Assembly (NCBI GenBank): GCA_051294375.1
Contig: CM119269.1
Location: 6,709,552-6,773,551 of the forward strand
DNA length: 64,000 bases
Source: Paraspadella gotoi
Lineage: Eukaryota; Animalia; Chaetognatha
Direction: 5' to 3'
Under the pieces are notes generated by a model that saw nothing but the letters and a program-made list of their open reading frames with translations, was not told the origin of the DNA and did not search any database. Both the position numbers and the translations under genes were made by a program. This document shows, one piece after another, positions 57,011 to 64,000 of the stretch. How positions within the stretch are numbered: the stretch's first letter is position 1; the number at the start of each line of letters is the position of its first letter.

Positions 57011-59064
57011 TCATTCTTCTTCCATCAACGCCCACGCTTCTTCTGCCTTCATGTAAAACTTGTTGGCCAATCGACCCTTCATTGCTGCGACGGCCGCTTC
57101 GGCAGCTTCGTTGTAAAGTTCTCCTGCTGTGGAAGGGTCTGCCTCAAGGCCAAAACCGCCCGTCGTCAGCATCGCCGCTTGACGACTTAGCAAATCGTAG
57201 AGGGGGATGTCGGCAGTGCCGTCGAACTGACCACCTGTTTCGGCAAAGGAGTTAAAAAAAAAAATTCAAATACATATAGATATTTTTAGACAGCATTGTA
57301 TATACTAATAAAAAGTTTCGGGGATACGAAAATCAGTCCCGTTCATCCACTAACCTTCATCGCATTCTTCCATCTCGACCGCTTTCCGAAGCCACCGCAA
57401 AGCTTCGGGCCAAGATCGTTCCCGCTTGGTACCAAGGCCGCTTCCGGTTTCGAAGGCCACGCCCACATGAATCATAGCCGGGCGGTCGCCGGCCGACGCC
57501 GCTTGTTGCATCAAATCGAAGCCGCGATCCTCTTTGTTCGCTCCTGCGCACGAGCAGAAAAAAGTATTAACCTTCTACTGAAAACAAAAATAACACTTCC
57601 TTTTTGCAACATTGAACATTAATCCTGTTGATTTTCTGTCTTGAGTCGTTAATAAAAACATTATCAGGACTATTTACTTTTAGTTCAAATAACAATCTTA
57701 TTTTTCAATTCCGGCCACGCAGTCTCGCGTCTCTTTCTTTCTCTCTTCATTTTTATTTATTCTTTCGAACTTTGAACCTTTGACTTCTCGGGTAACGACA
57801 GACGAGAGCGAATCGCGAGATCTTTGAATCAATTCGAGACTTTATTTAGATACCTCACTCGAGAGCCAATATTAGTTTATTTTTTATATATTTTTATGCC
57901 GGTCCCTCGAGGATGATATCAATATTCACTTGCAAAAAACCGTTTTTAAATTCCTACAATGGTTTCCGAGATATAGTCATAAACGTCAGCCTTGAAAGGC
58001 AAAATTTGTCAGAATAAAATTTTCGAGTTTCTTCTTAGATTTGAAAAAGGAAAGACTAAATTACATTTTGATTACCATTAAATTTTCTCTACTCTATAAA
58101 TTTGCTTGTATTTTATAGTTAAAGTAAAAAACAAGCAAAAATTTATGAAGTAGCTGGATAAAATGTTTTTTTAAATATGAAAAATGATAAATACAAAAAT
58201 ATTTTCAGATTGATATAAACAGTCTGGACATCTACCTTCTTGTCTGTGAAAAAAAAATTGTCATTTTCCATTATCTTCAACTGCAAACAAAAAGCTTGAC
58301 ACGCTGCTTGTTTATCATAATAAAATTTAAAAAAATTACATAGCTGGTGACATATTTGACAAAGCAAGACATCATTGTGTTTATTTGTATTGATAATTTT
58401 CTTTTAAATATAACAACCTTTATACAAGGAATTTAATTCTATTACTTATCATCCGTTTAAATTAAGAAAAAAAATTTTGCGGAATAGCCCATTGGAAAGG
58501 GTTCATTGACTGACTTAATGATCGAATTTTTTAGGTTTCTTTACTGCCCCCCTTTCACAAGACATAAAAGGTCATGATTATCATGTCAGTATGTCCATAT
58601 TATCTGTACCCTTTATGCAACCTGCATTCTGAATTTTCTTTTTTTCCCTTTCAAATGTATTAAATAAAAAAAATTATTTGAGAGAACGATTGGCGTGGAG
58701 GATGCCATTGGTAAGCCTTAGTTACCCCACTTCCCGATCGAATTTTTAAACGAGGTTTTTTTTCCATCTATTCGAGACATAACACTAACTATTGGTACTA
58801 TTAATTTTTTATTTTTTTCATGAAATTTTGCGTAATCAGAGAAACGTTTAGCGTGTCAAAAAAATATGGAAAAAAAAGAGAAAAACGTTCTGACAAATTT
58901 AAAAATTTATGGAGGAATCTACTTTATTTATTGCAAGAGAGAAAGAAATAAGGAGAGAGAAGAAAGAGGGAGAAGAAAGAGAAAAAGAGAGAGAATTTCA
59001 CCTGTTCTTTTATCTAACAAAATTTTTCATTTTTTTTTTNNNNNNNNNNNNNNNNNNNNNNNNN

Positions 59065-59113
<49 letters not shown>

Positions 59114-62100
59114 AGGAAAATGACACGGCGGAAAAAAAAAATGAAAAATTTTGTTAGATAAAGAACAGGTGAAATTCTCTCTCTTTTTCTCTTTCTTCTC
59201 CCTCTTTCTTCTCTCTCCTTATTTCTTTCTCTCTTGCAATAAATAAAGTAGATTCCTCCATAAATTTTTAAATTTGTCAGAACGTTTTTCTCTTTTTTTT
59301 CCATATTTTTTTGACACGCTAAACGTTTCTCTGATTACGCAAAATTTCATGAAAAAAATAAAAAATTAATAGTACCAATAGTTAGTGTTATGTCTCGAAT
59401 AGATGGAAAAAAAACCTCGTTTAAAAATTCGATCGGGAAGTGGGGTAACTAAGGCTTACCAATGGCATCCTCCACGCCAATCGTTCTCTCAAATAATTTT
59501 TTTTATTTAATACATTTGAAAGGGAAAAAAAGAAAATTCAGAATGCAGGTTGCATAAAGGGTACAGATAATATGGACATACTGACATGATAATCATGACC
59601 TTTTATGTCTTGTGAAAGGGGGCAGTAAAGAAACCTAAAAAATTCGATCATTAAGTCAGTCAATGAACCCTTTCCAATGGGCTATTCCGCAAAATTTTTT
59701 TCTTAATTTAAACGGATGATAAGTAATAGAATTAAATTCCTTGTATAAAGGTTGTTATATTTAAAAGAAAATTATCAATACAAATAAACACAATGATGTC
59801 TTGCTTTGTCAAATATGTCACCAGCTATGTAATTTTTTAAATTTTATTATGATAAACAAGCAGCGTGTCAAGCTTTTTGTTTGCAGTTGAAGATAATGGA
59901 AAATGACAATTTTTTTTTCACAGACAAGAAGGTAGATGTCCAGACTGTTTATATCAATCTGAAAATATTTTTGTATTTATCATTTTTCATATTTAAAAAA
60001 ACATTTTATCCAGCTACTTCATAAATTTTTGCTTGTTTTTTACTTTAACTATAAAATACAAGCAAATTTATAGAGTAGAGAAAATTTAATGGTAATCAAA
60101 ATGTAATTTAGTCTTTCCTTTTTCAAATCTAAGAAGAAACTCGAAAATTTTATTCTGACAAATTTTGCCTTTCAAGGCTGACGTTTATGACTATATCTCG
60201 GAAACCATTGTAGGAATTTAAAAACGGTTTTTTGCAAGTGAATATTGATATCATCCTCGAGGACCGGCATAAAAATATATAAAAAAATAAACTAATATTG
60301 GCTCTCGAGTGAGGTATCTAAATAAAGTCTCGAATTGATTCAAAGATCTCGCGATTCGCTCTCGTCTGTCGTTACCCGAGAAGTCAAAGGTTCAAAGTTC
60401 GAAAGAATAAATAAAAATGAAGAGAGAAAGAAAGAGACGCGAGACTGCGTGGCCGAATTGAAAAATAAGATTGTTATTTGAACTAAAAGTAAATAGTCCT
60501 GATAATGTTTTTATTAACGACTCAAGACAGAAAATCAACAGGATTAATGTTCAATGTTGCAAAAAGGAAGTGTTATTTTTGTTTTCAGTAGAAGGTTAAT
60601 ACTTTTTTCTGCTCGTGCGCAGGAGCGAACAAAGAGGATCGCGGCTTCGATTTGATGCAACAAGCGGCGTCGGCCGGCGACCGCCCGGCTATGATTCATG
60701 TGGGCGTGGCCTTCGAAACCGGAAGCGGCCTTGGTACCAAGCGGGAACGATCTTGGCCCGAAGCTTTGCGGTGGCTTCGGAAAGCGGTCGAGATGGAAGA
60801 ATGCGATGAAGGTTAGTGGATGAACGGGACTGATTTTCGTATCCCCGAAACTTTTTATTAGTATATACAATGCTGTCTAAAAATATCTATATGTATTTGA
60901 ATTTTTTTTTTTAACTCCTTTGCCGAAACAGGTGGTCAGTTCGACGGCACTGCCGACATCCCCCTCTACGATTTGCTAAGTCGTCAAGCGGCGATGCTGA
61001 CGACGGGCGGTTTTGGCCTTGAGGCAGACCCTCCACAGCAGGAGAACTTTACAACGAAGCTGCCGAAGCGGCCGTCGCAGCAATGAAGGGTCGATTGGCC
61101 AACAAGTTTTACATGAAGGCAGAAGAAGCGTGGGCGTTGATGGAAGAAGAATGAGACTAACGTTTTGTTTTGATATTTTGATGTTTTCTAGTTTTTTTTC
61201 CGATTTTGTTACTTTTCTCCTTTCCTCCAACCTAATATCTCCATGGGTGTAGAAACTTATTAACAAGTTAATAACAACCTTATTAACAACATTTTTCCAA
61301 TTATCCCAGTTTCAAGAATTAACCTGGCTGTGATTGTCTGACTGACTGTTTTTTCTCGTATGTATGACCGGTTCAGCTTAAAATGTACCTTTCTATGCTC
61401 GTTCTTTTTGCAGCATTTATCAAGTTATAGCGTCATATACGTTAAAAAATGTTAGGGTGAGGAACGCTCATATAAGATTTCTGTTTTAAGTGTGTTCTGT
61501 TTTATGTGTGTAACTATTTTTTTTAATTGCTCAAAATGCTCAACGTTTCGATTCATTTTTCTCATTAATGAATCGAACGCAATATTTTGCGCAACCTGAA
61601 ATTTAAAATTTTCATTTTCTCTTTTTTGCCCAAACTATAGTCTCCCAAATAAGCGACACAGAGACAAGTTTTAAAACAAACACACCTCTTTTCACATTTA
61701 TACTACTCAGCAGTTCTTTTTTTTTTCAGCGTCCTTCTTGTTTTTTTGTTGTTTTTTTCTGTTTTTTTTTTTGCACTATGCAATTTTTTTTTTTCAGAAG
61801 TCATCATTGTAACGACGCATTAAAAGAATGATTAATCACGGATCATTAATCAAAAAGGGTTTACAAATAGAATACTGTACCCTATTACGGTTTCCTGTCT
61901 AATGCACTTCGATTTTGGGCATTACAGCGTAGTGTGTGTTCGGTGTCTTTGGAATTTTTACCATATTCTCTCTTAATTGTTACATGTATAAAAAAATACA
62001 AGAAAAAAAGAATCATGCTTGTGACTTTAGAATGTTCTTGCACTTTTCGCACGGTCGTCCCTCGTCTCGCTCGTCCCACGGCCGGTCGCAGCTGAAGCAG

Positions 62101-62308
62101 CGGAGCACGGAGCGGAGGTCTGCAGCCTCGAAGACCGTGTCGTCGCGCGGGCAGCTCTCGTAGGCCGAGGGCAGTCCGAGTCCGTGACATTGCGGTACTT
62201 CCTGTAGAGGGCGTTGACGATCTCTTTGGCCGTGTTGCGGCCAACGTTCTGGTCGATGAGGTGGAGGATGAAAAGACCGTCCGTGCGCAGGTAGTGATCC
62301 ACGAATCT

Positions 62309-62347
<39 letters not shown>

Positions 62348-63975
62348 GAGGTGGAACGGTATGATAACTTGGTTCTATTATCACGCAAGGCCAACGAGGA
62401 TTTTTAATTTTTGAAATTATTAGTTTTTTTAAGTTTAAATGTTTGTTTCCGCATTATTGATGCGGAAATTGTACCGTCTTCCATCCTTTTTCACGTTCTA
62501 TTTCAATATTTTTTTTTTCCTAAATATTCTTCATCTTCTATCCTTTTTCTTTAATTCTTTCACCTTTCCCCCATTCTTTCTTTTCTTTCCCCCATCCCAC
62601 CTCTTAACCGAGTCTCCGTTCCTCTCCGCGACGAGGCACCGAATCAACGATCTCCTCGTTGCTCCAAAGACGAGGAACAGCCAGAGGACGAGGTTGAGAC
62701 AAGAGGCGGCGAGCATGAAGGTCATGAGGAAGACGAGGCCGGCGAAGAGCTTGTCGTTGTAGAGGTTGATAGGGAGAACGCAGTGGCAAGTATGGGGCAA
62801 GAGGTATCCGTGGATCTGGAAATAGCAATGCGGAGATGGATCGTAAAAAATTGGTTTGTTTTTTTGTCCTCAAGTTGACCTAAAAACTAAAATTCTTAAT
62901 GCGACTGCGATAAGTAGAGAAAGGAAATTATGTATATCTAAAACAAGGCTATACCTCAAGAGGGAAAAGTTATGCTTCTTATACTATATTCTTTCAATTA
63001 TTCCTTTATTCCTATTTGTTATTTTTTTTGTTAATAACAAACAGTTTTAATATTTTTCAAAAATTATTTCTGAGCCCGCCTTAATTTAAAACATCCTTTT
63101 GTGCCAAACAATAATCTGTCCCACCATCGTTGTATAATAAAAATAGAAAATAAACCCTGTGGCAAAAAAAATCCTTCACTTTAATTAAAATTTTCGGGAT
63201 AGCTGTTTTCAATCGTACCCGTAATTTCTCCATTTGATCGCAAAGCAATAGAGTATGTTATCTTTAATAATGAACCGATTCGGTGCTGCAATATGTAAAT
63301 GAATTTAATAGACTCTCCCATCTTCCCTTTACCTTCCAAAAACTGCTCGATTGCCCCGTCGGGTATTTCGTTATTGACAACATCGCAAGAGAGGCCGAGG
63401 AGGATCTTGGCGAGGGCGACGATGGAGACGAGTTGGAGACACTGGGTCGACTTCTCCAGGTGGAAGAGAATAGCGCTGAAGTCGACGTCCTCCCGCCCAG
63501 TCTGTTCGCTGAGGGGAAGGGAGTGGATGATAAATTCTTTCTAAATTGTTTAAAAATTGTTGAGGCAGATTTTCAATCTTTGATAAGATTGACGATTCGT
63601 GACTCATGCGATTATAATTTAAGAAAATACAAGGTTTCTAAGCCGGTTTCGAAAATCAACGAACACGGGCCTCTCTACGCTTTTTTTTTTATCGTTTTGA
63701 AACCTTTTTACGACTTTTTATAGGTCATTGTGCCCTGCTTCATTCCGGATCTTCGAATCCAAAAAAGTTTCAATAATAAAGAGTCGTGACAGGAGCTCCT
63801 CTTCAGCTTTGAGCACTCCCGCCCAAAGAAGACTTACTTGAATCTGCCTTGGTCATGGTATTTGGCCAGATCCAGATGAATGTCACCCAACACAGACTCG
63901 TAGGCTTTTTTCTCCGTTTTCTGACAGAGGTCGTTGAGAAGAGTGGCCTCCACGGCGACGGAGCTGCATCGATGA
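57011..63975 (-). CDS. EEF2K: Eukaryotic elongation factor 2 kinase, C-terminal helical-repeat exons (5' part beyond the window)
   Basis: Exons 63975-63838 (SVLGDIHLDLAKYHDQGRF), 63508-63333 (ILFHLEK), 57543-57355 (GFDLMQQAASAGDRPAMI), 57234-57011 (AGELYNEAAEAAVAAMKGRLANKFYMKAEEAWALMEEE*). These match the eEF2K C-terminus and the phases join. Confidence 0.93.
60622..61155 (+). pseudogene. Duplicated last two eEF2K exons (inverted copy, frameshifted; probably an artefact)
   Basis: Copy of 57011-57543 with a 1-nt deletion near 61030 and no upstream exons on +. Confidence 0.6.
62013..62816 (-). pseudogene. Duplicated innexin B exons 5-6 (inverted copy; probably an artefact)
   Basis: Copy of 55352-56149 with a 1-nt deletion near 62170 and no 5' exons. 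Confidence 0.6.
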
Positions 63976-64000
63976 CTGTGGGGGGAAAAGGGGAAGGAGT

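Larger units (their letters stand above)
54852..63313. repeat. ~4.2-kb near-identical inverted duplication (54852-59039 versus ~59130-63313) around an N gap
   Basis: Mirror-image ORF sets; the arms differ mainly by 1-nt indels; N run at 59040-59064. Confidence 0.95.

Overview
AT-rich invertebrate-animal genomic DNA with many introns, (GA)n and other microsatellites. All gene models were spliced by hand, using GT/GC-AG sites and exon phase; family calls come from recalled motifs, not database searches. In order: a GATA4/5/6-class factor (+, 5'-truncated); an orphan gene ending in an intracellular FN3 domain (+); a foldback/MITE-like dimer; glucoside xylosyltransferase GXYLT (-); and a CFAP141-like gene with an in-frame TAG at a splice donor (-). 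Next is a 16-exon, ~1315-aa piggyBac-derived gene (+) that appears to lack the DDD triad and has two Cys-rich domains; this is the best candidate for an undescribed system. Two tandem innexins (+) follow, the first holding an antisense AsaB/CmcJ-family Fe(II)/2OG dioxygenase gene inside intron 1. The 3' end of eEF2K (-) closes the window. A 4.2-kb inverted duplication around an N gap is probably a misassembly, and several 1-2 nt deletions in C/G runs look like consensus errors.
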